This document shows, in pieces, positions 28,127 through 37,005 of a stretch of 64,000 nucleotides of DNA (positions within the stretch are counted from its first letter, which is position 1; each line of letters starts with the position of its first letter). The position numbers were made by a program, and so were the translations under genes. The stretch spans positions 62,070 to 126,069 of the forward strand of contig JBDLRP010000032.1 of the NCBI GenBank assembly GCA_039799905.1, given 5' to 3'. The notes beneath the pieces were generated by a model. It worked only from the letters and a program-made list of their open reading frames with translations, was not told the origin of the DNA and did no database searches. The stretch comes from Pseudomonadota bacterium (lineage in GTDB: Bacteria; Bdellovibrionota_B; Oligoflexia; Silvanigrellales; Silvanigrellaceae).

Positions 28127-28921
28127 ATGGCCGGACAACATCACTGTTCATTTGTTGCACGCATGAATTGGCGCCGCTCGGGCGCATCTGTACACCCATC
28201 GGTTCATGTTCTTAGCCTCCAACAAAATTGCACATCTGCGGCTTCAAATCAGACAATCGCATGGATTGTCGGTACCGGCGGAGCTCATGCCGGCGAAGAT
28301 TTCAGATTGACGCAAGGAGAGTCAGTCATTGGCTCCGGATGGGACGCAGACATTGTCTTAACCTCTCCCGAGGTCAGCAGAACTCACGCAAAAATCAGCA
28401 GCACCAATCATTTGTGTGTTCTCGAGGATCTTGGCAGCGGGTCGGGAACATTTGTCAACGGCGAGCGCTGCGACGATCCGCGTGCTCTCAATCATCGTGA
28501 TGTCATCAAGATTGGCATGGGTGAATTCATTTATTTTGCACTTGATCCCGAGGCTGCCCAAATTCAGGCGGTGAAACCCAAAACTGTATCCAGTCCCTCC
28601 GGCAATGTTCAGCCGGGACGGGCTGCTGTCGTCGGATGGCTTGTGTGTCAGTCGGGAGAACTGAGCGGGCTGGATTTCAGACTGACAGCAGGTGTGAATC
28701 GTGTCGGAAGTTTGAGCGGGCTGGAAGTGACTATCCCCGATCCGAATCTCAATTCCATTCACATGAATCTCGAGTGCACTGCAGAGCGAATTTACATGCG
28801 TCCGATGTCGGCCGGTCTGCAATTGATCCGCAATAATCAAATGATTGATGCTGGAGTTCTCAAAGATGATGATTTGATTCGCTGCGGCTCGTTGATCCTC
28901 CGTTTCAGGAGCTACTCATGA
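28127..28921 (+). CDS. Tandem FHA-domain protein
   Basis: First FHA: IG..WDADI...VSRTHA...EDLGSGSGTFVNG. A second, degenerate FHA follows. Confidence 0.8.
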   Translation: MAGQHHCSFVARMNWRRSGASVHPSVHVLSLQQNCTSAASNQTIAWIVGTGGAHAGEDFRLTQGESVIGSGWDADIVLTSPEVSRTHAKISSTNHLCVLEDLGSGSGTFVNGERCDDPRALNHRDVIKIGMGEFIYFALDPEAAQIQAVKPKTVSSPSGNVQPGRAAVVGWLVCQSGELSGLDFRLTAGVNRVGSLSGLEVTIPDPNLNSIHMNLECTAERIYMRPMSAGLQLIRNNQMIDAGVLKDDDLIRCGSLILRFRSYS

Positions 28922-30447
28922 TCGGCATCCGTCAGGTTTTGGCGTTTCTGGCGTGTACTTTTTTATGCTTATCATCGGCCCGCGCGCAGGTGACGCCCGC
29001 TGCCGGCGAGGAAAAACTCAAGCGCAACGTTGTTGTCCGGGCGCATGAAGTGTTCGACAAGCGCAAGTTAAGGCTGTTTGTCGTTGTTGATGAGGCAGAC
29101 ACAGAAGGGCGGTATCTGCTCAACACGCTGGACGCGAGGTCGTTCAGGCTGTTTGGCAAGGACAGCGAGGATGCTCCTGTCGAGGTTCTTTCTTTGAGCA
29201 CGATTGTGACCAAATCACCGCCCGTGCTGCGCGAGACTGCGATTATTTTTGAGTCAAGCGCCGAACTGACGCAACAGCAGTCCGATGGAATTCGTAAAGC
29301 AGTCGCATCTTTTCTTGGTGGATATAGATCGGATGTGCTGTCGGTGCGGATGGGAAATGAAGAGAATTCCAGCCGACTGGCGTGGATTTCTCCAACCCAG
29401 TCGGAAAATCCGCGCGCCATCCAACGCTCTGTTCTGGACTCTCCCGTTCTGGCCGGTGCGCGCGGCCTGACGCCGGTATTGTGTGATGGCATCCGTGATC
29501 TGAACGTGGTCGACTCGCAAGGCAACGGCCCGCATGTTCAGCGCAATGTGATAGTTGTTTCGTCCGATATGCCAGCGGAAACTAAAAGCTTCGCCGAAAT
29601 GGCGAAATGTCTTTCAGAAGCCGACGATATCGGAGCGCGAGTCTTTTGGGTTAAACTGAGGTCCGCGCCGTTCGCAGGGGAAGGCCTCGGAAAATTTGCC
29701 AAGGTTCTGTCTGCTGGAGTCTCTAAGTCGAGTGGCTTCATCCACTCAATTCCGCTGTCTGCCGACCCGTTGCCGGCATTGAACAATGTGCGTTCGTATC
29801 TGGATGACGAATACATTCTTGAGTTCGACTTGGATCGCCTGAAACCCTACTCAGACACGATTGAGCTTGAATTGACGGCGAATTATCACGGAAACATCAT
29901 AAAAAGTGGATTTTTCGCAGCCGAGGGATTCACTCCTTACCCCTCACCCGAGGACATTGCACAGCAGGCGAGAATTCAGGATGCCTCCCGTCGCAAGGAA
30001 TTTTTCACCGTCGGTCTGATAGTTGGAATTTTGTCGCTGACCGGCATATTTTTTTGGTTTCGTTTGAAGAAGAACGTTCACGTTTGTCAGGAATGTTCGT
30101 TTGTTGTGGCACGCAATTTTCAGGACTGCCCGTTTCGCAATCCAAAGTGTTACGGCCGACTGAGTGTTATCCACGGACCTCTGTTGGGCAAAGTTTTTCC
30201 GCTTTTTTCCGGCGAAAATTCATTGGGAAGCCGGCGTTCCAGCATGGTACGTTTAAGGGGGAGAGGTATCTCCGCAGATCATGCCAAGATTGTACTGAGC
30301 AAGCGAAAAGCTCTTTACTCTCCGGTGAAGGGGAGCGAATGCCGCATCAACGGCGTCGCTGCGGTCGAGCCTCGTCTGCTTGGTTCCGGCAGCGTCATCA
30401 GGATTGGTGATTGTGTTTGCCGCGTGGATTTTAAAGAGGGTGAATGA
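28918..30447 (+). CDS. Signal peptide + vWA-like extracytoplasmic domain + TM + Cys-rich motif + C-terminal FHA domain
   Basis: TM helix near residues 362-381, CQEC...CPF...C, then ISADHAKI...ING. ATGA overlaps with both neighbours. Confidence 0.7.
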   Translation: MIGIRQVLAFLACTFLCLSSARAQVTPAAGEEKLKRNVVVRAHEVFDKRKLRLFVVVDEADTEGRYLLNTLDARSFRLFGKDSEDAPVEVLSLSTIVTKSPPVLRETAIIFESSAELTQQQSDGIRKAVASFLGGYRSDVLSVRMGNEENSSRLAWISPTQSENPRAIQRSVLDSPVLAGARGLTPVLCDGIRDLNVVDSQGNGPHVQRNVIVVSSDMPAETKSFAEMAKCLSEADDIGARVFWVKLRSAPFAGEGLGKFAKVLSAGVSKSSGFIHSIPLSADPLPALNNVRSYLDDEYILEFDLDRLKPYSDTIELELTANYHGNIIKSGFFAAEGFTPYPSPEDIAQQARIQDASRRKEFFTVGLIVGILSLTGIFFWFRLKKNVHVCQECSFVVARNFQDCPFRNPKCYGRLSVIHGPLLGKVFPLFSGENSLGSRRSSMVRLRGRGISADHAKIVLSKRKALYSPVKGSECRINGVAAVEPRLLGSGSVIRIGDCVCRVDFKEGE

Positions 30448-31649
30448 AAGTCCGATTTATCGTCAGGTTCATCGCAGGGCCGTTGCACGACCGCACCTTT
30501 GAAATCGGTGACGGTGAGGCAAAGATGATCGGCAAAGGCGAAAGCTGCGATATCAAAATTGCCGATGATGTGATGGTCAGCCGCTCGCACTCACGTCTCA
30601 GTCTTGAACGCGGTCTTCTCTGGATAGAAGACTTGGGGAGCCGCAACGGCACCTATATTAACAACAAGAAAATAGATAAAAAAACGCTGTTGCGCTCGGG
30701 CGACAAAGTGAACATAGGGCAGGTGAGCACATTTCAGTGTTCACAGTGGAATGCGCTGGAGCCCTCGCGTTTTGCAAGTGCCGTCATGACGAGAGTGACG
30801 GATATGTCCAAATACATCCGTCGTCGCCCCAAACGTTCTTTGCTGCCGCAGTTTTTTTTGATGCAGCTGCTGGTTGCGGTAGTCATAGGCGGTGCATGGT
30901 TCGCAGGCAAGAGGTACAAACTTCGTGCATCAAAGCCTGCGCAGGAGTCGCGACCCGCTGAACAGACTCTCGCAGCCGTTCCCCAACCCGCTGCGGTGCA
31001 GACGCTGACTGCTCCTCCCGAGGTGGCAAGGAACTTCATATGGGATGAGATTGTCACTATCTCGCGTCGCTTCGGCGACACTCCGCCTTCTGCGCTGGAC
31101 GCACAGTTTCAGAAAAAGGTTGAAGAATGGATTGAGCGCTTCACCCGCCGTGACGCCCATAAGGCATTGTTCGAAAAGAAGAGAAAGTATTGGCCGGAAA
31201 TAGAATCCGCTCTGCAGAAAGAAGGCCTTCCCGTTGAGCTCGGCTATCTGGTCTGGGTTGAATCCGAGTTCAACATCAATGCGCTCAGTCCGGTCGGAGC
31301 GCTCGGATTGTGGCAGTTCATGCCAGGAACTGCGCGCGACTTTGGACTCAGGGTTGATCCCGGTGCAAAAATTGATGAGCGATTGAACGTTGAGAAGAGC
31401 TCTAAGGCAGCGGCTGAATATCTTTCAATGCTGCTCAAACAATTTGGAACCGACCGTTACATGCTGGCCATCGCATCTTACAATGCGGGTCAGAACAAGG
31501 TGCAGCGCAAGACTCTCGCCGCTCGCATCAGGCGCGCGCCCAAGCCTGATTTTTGGGCCCTGCGCGATCAACTTCCGCAGGAGACGGTGGATTATGTGCC
31601 GAAAGTTCTCGCGGCCATCATCATCAACCGCAATCCGGATCGCTGGTGA
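30444..31649 (+). CDS. FHA domain + TM + MltD-like lytic transglycosylase
   Basis: VSRSHS...EDLGSRNGTYIN, then a TM helix, then VESEF, GLWQFMPGTA, SYNAG and ETVDYVPK. Confidence 0.9.
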   Translation: MKVRFIVRFIAGPLHDRTFEIGDGEAKMIGKGESCDIKIADDVMVSRSHSRLSLERGLLWIEDLGSRNGTYINNKKIDKKTLLRSGDKVNIGQVSTFQCSQWNALEPSRFASAVMTRVTDMSKYIRRRPKRSLLPQFFLMQLLVAVVIGGAWFAGKRYKLRASKPAQESRPAEQTLAAVPQPAAVQTLTAPPEVARNFIWDEIVTISRRFGDTPPSALDAQFQKKVEEWIERFTRRDAHKALFEKKRKYWPEIESALQKEGLPVELGYLVWVESEFNINALSPVGALGLWQFMPGTARDFGLRVDPGAKIDERLNVEKSSKAAAEYLSMLLKQFGTDRYMLAIASYNAGQNKVQRKTLAARIRRAPKPDFWALRDQLPQETVDYVPKVLAAIIINRNPDRW

Positions 31650-32616
31650 TCTCAACAAAGAAACAATCCTTTTGCCAGTCCTTGAATTCCTGCTTGAAAT
31701 TTCTCTGTTGCAATTGCTTTTCTGCGAGTTCGCCACTTGCTTCACAGAGCAGGATCTTAGCATGGCCCTTGTAGTATCTGGGGCGCGCCAGAAGTCGGCC
31801 TTTGCTGGACGTTTGCCCGCACGGCGTGTTCGACTGTTGCCGGCGTTGGAGAACTAAAAAGCTGACCGGCAGACTGCGCAAATCGATACCCAATTCCCTC
31901 GCAAGGTGTGTCCAATCCGCATCCTGAAACAGACCTGCCGGCGGTGGAGCGAAGAAGTGACACCAGTCGCGTTCTCTGCCTTCCAGAGGGCAAGTGCCGG
32001 AGTGAGGGCAGGGTGCGACAACCTCGAAGTCATCGCTCAATTCCCTGCGCACCTGAATGAGCCGTTGCGAGCACAGGGGAATTCCCGGCTCAACCCAGAT
32101 CAGTGCCGATGCCGAGCGGACGGAGTTGAGCAAATTTTGCAAGTCTGCGGGTGAGATCTCTGTCAGGATATGACTGATAAGCACAAGATCAGCAGAATCG
32201 ATTTTGAGTTGATTTGGTGAATGGCCCGAGACCCGAGCTGCCGGCGCATGGGAAGAGAGTTTGCGAGCAGCAAAAGCGCGCGCCCGTTCGGAGCGGTCGG
32301 AGCAGACGATTTCCTGAGGTGACCACTCCGGGCGCAGACTCAGCAGCGTTTCAGCGGCCACTCCGCTTCCACAGCCCCAGTCGGTCCATCGCTGGATCAG
32401 TGCAGGCGGCGACCACCCACGCTGGACCAGCTCCCCGATAACGGCCTGCCACTTCCAGCCGATTCGTCTTGCATAGGTGTTGTCATAGAGCTCCAACAGC
32501 GCATCATCTTGCCAGTAGTCGGCCAGCCCGCCACGGGTCGGGGCCTCAAGAAAAAGTTGCCTCAGTCGTTGAAGATCTTTGACTTCGGTGCGAGTTTTTG
32601 AAACACCCTGAGGCAT
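31624..32616 (-). CDS. Rsm22-family SAM-dependent methyltransferase (start uncertain)
   Basis: DWGCGSG, SHILTE, VEPG and APCPHSGTCPL....DWCHF motifs. Confidence 0.8.
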   Translation of the reverse strand: MPQGVSKTRTEVKDLQRLRQLFLEAPTRGGLADYWQDDALLELYDNTYARRIGWKWQAVIGELVQRGWSPPALIQRWTDWGCGSGVAAETLLSLRPEWSPQEIVCSDRSERARAFAARKLSSHAPAARVSGHSPNQLKIDSADLVLISHILTEISPADLQNLLNSVRSASALIWVEPGIPLCSQRLIQVRRELSDDFEVVAPCPHSGTCPLEGRERDWCHFFAPPPAGLFQDADWTHLARELGIDLRSLPVSFLVLQRRQQSNTPCGQTSSKGRLLARPRYYKGHAKILLCEASGELAEKQLQQRNFKQEFKDWQKDCFFVEITSDPDCG

Positions 32617-32657
32617 AAAGGCTCCCTGCGCGTTGCCATGCTTGAGCGAGGATTCCG

Positions 32658-33620
32658 ATGACTGCGACACAACTCACTTTTGCTGAGAAAGCTGAACGGC
32701 ACTGGACGCCGGAGCGCATCCGCAAAGTCACGGCCGGTAAAAAATACATGGTTGATCCGCTGAAGGGAAGTGAGCTCTTGCGTGCCATAGGTCTTCTCAA
32801 TGGCGATGCGAGCATGCCTGCCGATGCGGTTCGGAAATATGCACAAATCAATCACATGATTCAGCTGCTCGAGCCTATGATCGTCGATCTCGGCTCGCGC
32901 TTTGCCAGCGTGAAAATTCTTGATTGCGGTTGCGGGAACTCGTACCTGACAATTCTGCTGGCATGGTGCTTTCGCCATGTCTGGCAAAAGAAGGCGCAGA
33001 TTATTGGAATAGACACGCGCGCGGATGTTATCGCGAAATCGGCGCGGCGTGCTTCCGAGCTCGGTTTGGACGACCTGTTGCAGTTTGAAACCGTGAGTGT
33101 GCAGGATTATGCTGCCCGTCGTGCAAGCACTCAGTCGGCCGAAGAACGCAAGGCGTCGCGCCCGCATTTTGTTGTTGCATTGCATGCCTGCGACACCGCC
33201 ACTGACGACGCTCTTGCACTGGCGTTTGCTGAGCGCTCCGATGCATTCGCCGTGGCACCCTGCTGTCAGGCGGAATTGGCCGGACACTGGCGCCAGAAGT
33301 CGGCCGAGAATTTTAAAAATGCATTTGCCGTGTTGATGAATTCGCCCGAGCTGCGCCGCGATTCCTGTAGTACATTTACAGACGCCATGAGAGTTTTGCT
33401 CGCGCGTGGAAGCGGATATGAAGTGACCACGACTGAGTTTGTTCCGTCCGCCCACACGCCCAAAAATCGTCTGATTACCGGAACTCGCCGCGGTGCCTAT
33501 ATGGAATCTGCAATCAGTGAATACGTCCAGCTGACGCAAGCACTCGGAGCCGGTATCGCCCTGCAGAACAGGCTTCCCGCCGAAGCCGCGGAACTTTTGG
33601 CTCAAAAGATTTTACGATAA
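32658..33620 (+). CDS. SAM-dependent methyltransferase
   Basis: LDCGCGNSYLT, ALHACDTATD, APCC and HTPKN motifs. Confidence 0.85.
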   Translation: MTATQLTFAEKAERHWTPERIRKVTAGKKYMVDPLKGSELLRAIGLLNGDASMPADAVRKYAQINHMIQLLEPMIVDLGSRFASVKILDCGCGNSYLTILLAWCFRHVWQKKAQIIGIDTRADVIAKSARRASELGLDDLLQFETVSVQDYAARRASTQSAEERKASRPHFVVALHACDTATDDALALAFAERSDAFAVAPCCQAELAGHWRQKSAENFKNAFAVLMNSPELRRDSCSTFTDAMRVLLARGSGYEVTTTEFVPSAHTPKNRLITGTRRGAYMESAISEYVQLTQALGAGIALQNRLPAEAAELLAQKILR

Positions 33621-34462
33621 ATGTGGCAATAGGGCGTTTTGGCCTGATGGAAATAGTACTTTTGGTGTTCTGCTTCAGCCGGCCAAAAGCGGGCATTTTC
33701 GCGCAGCTGAGTTGCAACCGCGTATCCCTTGCTTTGCAGAAGTCCAAACAGCTTTTCTGCGACCGCATGATCTTCGGTGTGACGCAAAAACAGCGCTGAG
33801 AGATATTGCGGACCGATGTCCGGACCCTGTCCGTTGGTTTGCGTGAAGTCATGTGTTTCAAAGAAGAGTCTGCAAAGGTCTTCGTAGCTGACCAGTGTGG
33901 GATTGAACGTGACCTCGCAGCACTCGAGATGTCCTGTGGCTCCTGCACAAACCTGCTTGTAGCTGGGAGATTCCGTGTGTCCGCCGGCAAATCCAACACG
34001 GGTGGCGAGTACTCCCGGCAATTTGGCAAAGTGATATTCGGTTCCCCAAAAGCATCCAGAGGCAAACAGGGCGACCTCTGTTGGCTGCTGCTCTGCAGCC
34101 TTGAAATTCAAGCTAATCGAATTAACGCAATGGCGGATGTTTTTTGAGGTGAAACCTTCACCTTCGAAAACATGCCCAAGGTGTCCGCTGCAGGCGGCAC
34201 AGACAATTTCAGTACGACGTCCATCTCCATCGGGGATGCGCTTGACCGCTCCCTTTATTTCATCATCGAAACTCGGCCAGCCGCAGTGGGAGGGAAACTT
34301 GTCTTGCGAACGATAGAGTTTCGCGTCGCATTTTTTGCAATGATAACTGCCTTCGGAGATGTTGTTGCAATACTCTCCTGTGAATGGCTTTTCGGTTCCC
34401 TTTTGTTCTATGACATATCGCTCGAATGTGGAAAGCGGCCGTGCCGTTTTGTTATCGCTCAT
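33602..34462 (-). CDS. msrAB: Bifunctional methionine sulfoxide reductase MsrB-MsrA
   Basis: MsrB part: GTEKPF, CGWPSF, HLGHVF, RHCVNS. MsrA part: GCFWG, QGPDIGPQY, EAEHQKY. Confidence 0.95.
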   Translation of the reverse strand: MSDNKTARPLSTFERYVIEQKGTEKPFTGEYCNNISEGSYHCKKCDAKLYRSQDKFPSHCGWPSFDDEIKGAVKRIPDGDGRRTEIVCAACSGHLGHVFEGEGFTSKNIRHCVNSISLNFKAAEQQPTEVALFASGCFWGTEYHFAKLPGVLATRVGFAGGHTESPSYKQVCAGATGHLECCEVTFNPTLVSYEDLCRLFFETHDFTQTNGQGPDIGPQYLSALFLRHTEDHAVAEKLFGLLQSKGYAVATQLRENARFWPAEAEHQKYYFHQAKTPYCHIYRKIF

Positions 34463-36948
34463 GATGCCTGCGCTTGCTCCTCGGTGTTTTCAGCCGGAAC
34501 CGCAATTTCATAGATGGTGACCAGAGCATTGCGGCCTTTGACCCTCACGGAATCCAACATGCGGGTGTTGAATTCCTTCGTTTCCAAGGCATTCATATGC
34601 TGCAAAACGTCTTCACTGACAACGATTTGAGCCGAATATTGCTTTGTCAGCGACTCAAGGCGCGAAGCGAGATTGACGGCGTCGGACATCACAGTTCCCG
34701 ATAGCCGCTCGGCGTAACCGACAATCCCAAGAACCAGCGTGCCGTAGTGAATGCCAACTCCGATACAGATATCTTGACTCAGCAAACCGGACCATTTGTC
34801 ATTGAAGGCACGCAGGGCGATTTGCATGTCCACAGCACAGCGGGCCGCATGGACAGGCGATTCCGGAAACAGCGCCATAATCGCATCACCAATGTACTTG
34901 TCGATAAAGCCGCCGTGATGACGGATGATTGGGCCAATCTGAGTAAGAAAGTTGTTGATGAATTCAAAGTTCTGAGCAGGGGTCATTCCCTCGGAGATTT
35001 GCGTGAAATTTCTGATGTCGGCGAACATCACGCACATTTCAGTTTCGATGTGGTCTCCGAGATTGAAGTCGACGAGACTTTCTGAATTGAGCAGCCGCAA
35101 AAAGTCGCGCGGTACGAAGCGCATCGACGCCTGATGCATTTTTTCAAGATTTGATGCCGCTTCCTGTGTTTCAAGATGATTTGCGAGAGCATTCGCTATC
35201 GTCGTCAGAAAGTGCTCTTCCTCTTCGGTGAGTGTCTCCTGCTTGACGTTGTCAAAGCGCAGGACGCCGCGGTACGTTGTCGCGCCGTGCAGCGGAATGT
35301 AGAGGCTCCTGTAGGTGAGTGTTATGTGCATCTGATATTGTTCGGTCGTCCATTTGTTATTTTGAATGAATTCAAAGGGAGACTCCGTGGCGGTCGGCAG
35401 AGCCTCACGGATCGCCTTGGCGGCAATGTCGACGGCCTCATAGGGACTCAGCGCACGTTGCATTGAAAGAACTCCAGTAAATAGAGCCTCAAGACGATCC
35501 TTCATGTCGCGTCCGTAACTGAGCGATGTGCGCGTCTTCATACCAAGAAAAAATGCTGTCAGGGCTGTCTGGCTGGGAAGAAAAAACAGGTCTTCGGATT
35601 TGAGAATTTTTTGTGTCGGCTGAATCAATTCCTTAAGATTAGACGCACCAAAGATTAGCAGAGGCAGAAAGACACAGACGAGCCTTGCGAAGTAGGATGG
35701 CGTTCCGAAGTCGTCGGTTGTGCTCTGAAAACCAGAGTGAACCACGTGACCCATGTGAATAGCTCGGCTCTGTCGAACATAAAAACCGCTCATGAGTGCA
35801 ATGCATCCCAGACCTCCGCCAAGCGCATCGCGCCACAGATGCGACTGGATTAGGAATGTCTGTGGTGACTGTTTCGCAACGGCGGAGGCGGCGACAAAAA
35901 GCAGAGAACACAAAACTGAAATTGCGATTGTGGCTGGTTTGCCCCATTCATCACCCGACGCTGCGCAGTAAGCATAACGCACCAGCATTGTCAGAATGAC
36001 ACCCTCGAGCATAATGCACAGTGTGCACAAAACTGTTCTGATGACAGGGTCTGTCACGATCGACTGCTGAATGAAGATGATGCAACCGGCATACAAGACC
36101 ATCCAGAGAGCATAATCGGAAAGTGTGTTGAGGAGTTTTTGTCCGCGAAAAACGAAGCGGAAGGCGATCACAAAAATCGGCATCAGCAGTGAAATGAGAT
36201 TCCACAGAACGACAGAAGAGAGTGTGAGTTGATCCAAGGACATCAGCTCGTGAAGATATTGGTTCTCTGTCAGCACTATGGGCCAGCGTGCTGGCCCAAT
36301 GTCGGTGCTTTGGCCAATGGCGATGAAGTATTCCAACCTATTTTTTTCTGGAACAACCTCGTAGCCGGAAAAACGGTTTTGCGCGAAACAGCTCATTTGT
36401 TCGGGCTGGTTGATAGGATCAAAATCCGGACTACCCGCCCCGCCGACGCGTGGCTCGCATTCTGTTGATCCCAGCGTGACAAGCTGGGCCTGTGATGGCC
36501 ACTCTGGATTGATCGAAGAAACGCGCGCGCCCAGCCAGTCTTTCTCTGGTCCGTTAAGGATTCTGCTCAGGACGAGCAGTGTTGGCCGCTCAGTATGTTC
36601 GACAATGCGTTTGCGGATGTCACTGCTGAGAGGAATTTTGACCCGCGAAACAAGTTGCGGTTGCCCGGCGGTGGCCTCAACTGCAACCTGTTTGCAGTTT
36701 TCCAAATCGGATTTGAAAGTCGGGCAGCGGTAGGCGCGCAGTGTCCAGTCGCTCAGCTTGACCACGCGTCCCTGATTGACGAGCCGGTTGAGCCTGCTTT
36801 CAACGTCAAAGTATCGGGCAACCAAATTGAGCGCACTGCCCAAGCTTAAAATAAGCAGGAGCCATGCGAGAGCCTGTCCATAGCGGCGATGGATTTTTGC
36901 CGCATCGCGCTGAGAAGCTGGCGTTATGGAGTTGACCGGTTCTTCCAT
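34459..36948 (-). CDS. Multi-TM class III adenylate/guanylate cyclase
   Basis: Periplasmic region, about 7 TM helices and a GAF-like segment, then MFADIRNFT, DKYIGDAIMA and DAVNLASRLE. Confidence 0.9.
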   Translation of the reverse strand: MEEPVNSITPASQRDAAKIHRRYGQALAWLLLILSLGSALNLVARYFDVESRLNRLVNQGRVVKLSDWTLRAYRCPTFKSDLENCKQVAVEATAGQPQLVSRVKIPLSSDIRKRIVEHTERPTLLVLSRILNGPEKDWLGARVSSINPEWPSQAQLVTLGSTECEPRVGGAGSPDFDPINQPEQMSCFAQNRFSGYEVVPEKNRLEYFIAIGQSTDIGPARWPIVLTENQYLHELMSLDQLTLSSVVLWNLISLLMPIFVIAFRFVFRGQKLLNTLSDYALWMVLYAGCIIFIQQSIVTDPVIRTVLCTLCIMLEGVILTMLVRYAYCAASGDEWGKPATIAISVLCSLLFVAASAVAKQSPQTFLIQSHLWRDALGGGLGCIALMSGFYVRQSRAIHMGHVVHSGFQSTTDDFGTPSYFARLVCVFLPLLIFGASNLKELIQPTQKILKSEDLFFLPSQTALTAFFLGMKTRTSLSYGRDMKDRLEALFTGVLSMQRALSPYEAVDIAAKAIREALPTATESPFEFIQNNKWTTEQYQMHITLTYRSLYIPLHGATTYRGVLRFDNVKQETLTEEEEHFLTTIANALANHLETQEAASNLEKMHQASMRFVPRDFLRLLNSESLVDFNLGDHIETEMCVMFADIRNFTQISEGMTPAQNFEFINNFLTQIGPIIRHHGGFIDKYIGDAIMALFPESPVHAARCAVDMQIALRAFNDKWSGLLSQDICIGVGIHYGTLVLGIVGYAERLSGTVMSDAVNLASRLESLTKQYSAQIVVSEDVLQHMNALETKEFNTRMLDSVRVKGRNALVTIYEIAVPAENTEEQAQAS

Positions 36949-37005
36949 GCAGGTCTGATTCTCCGCCTCGGTGGATTGTCATCAGTGACAATCCACCACA
37001 GGGAG

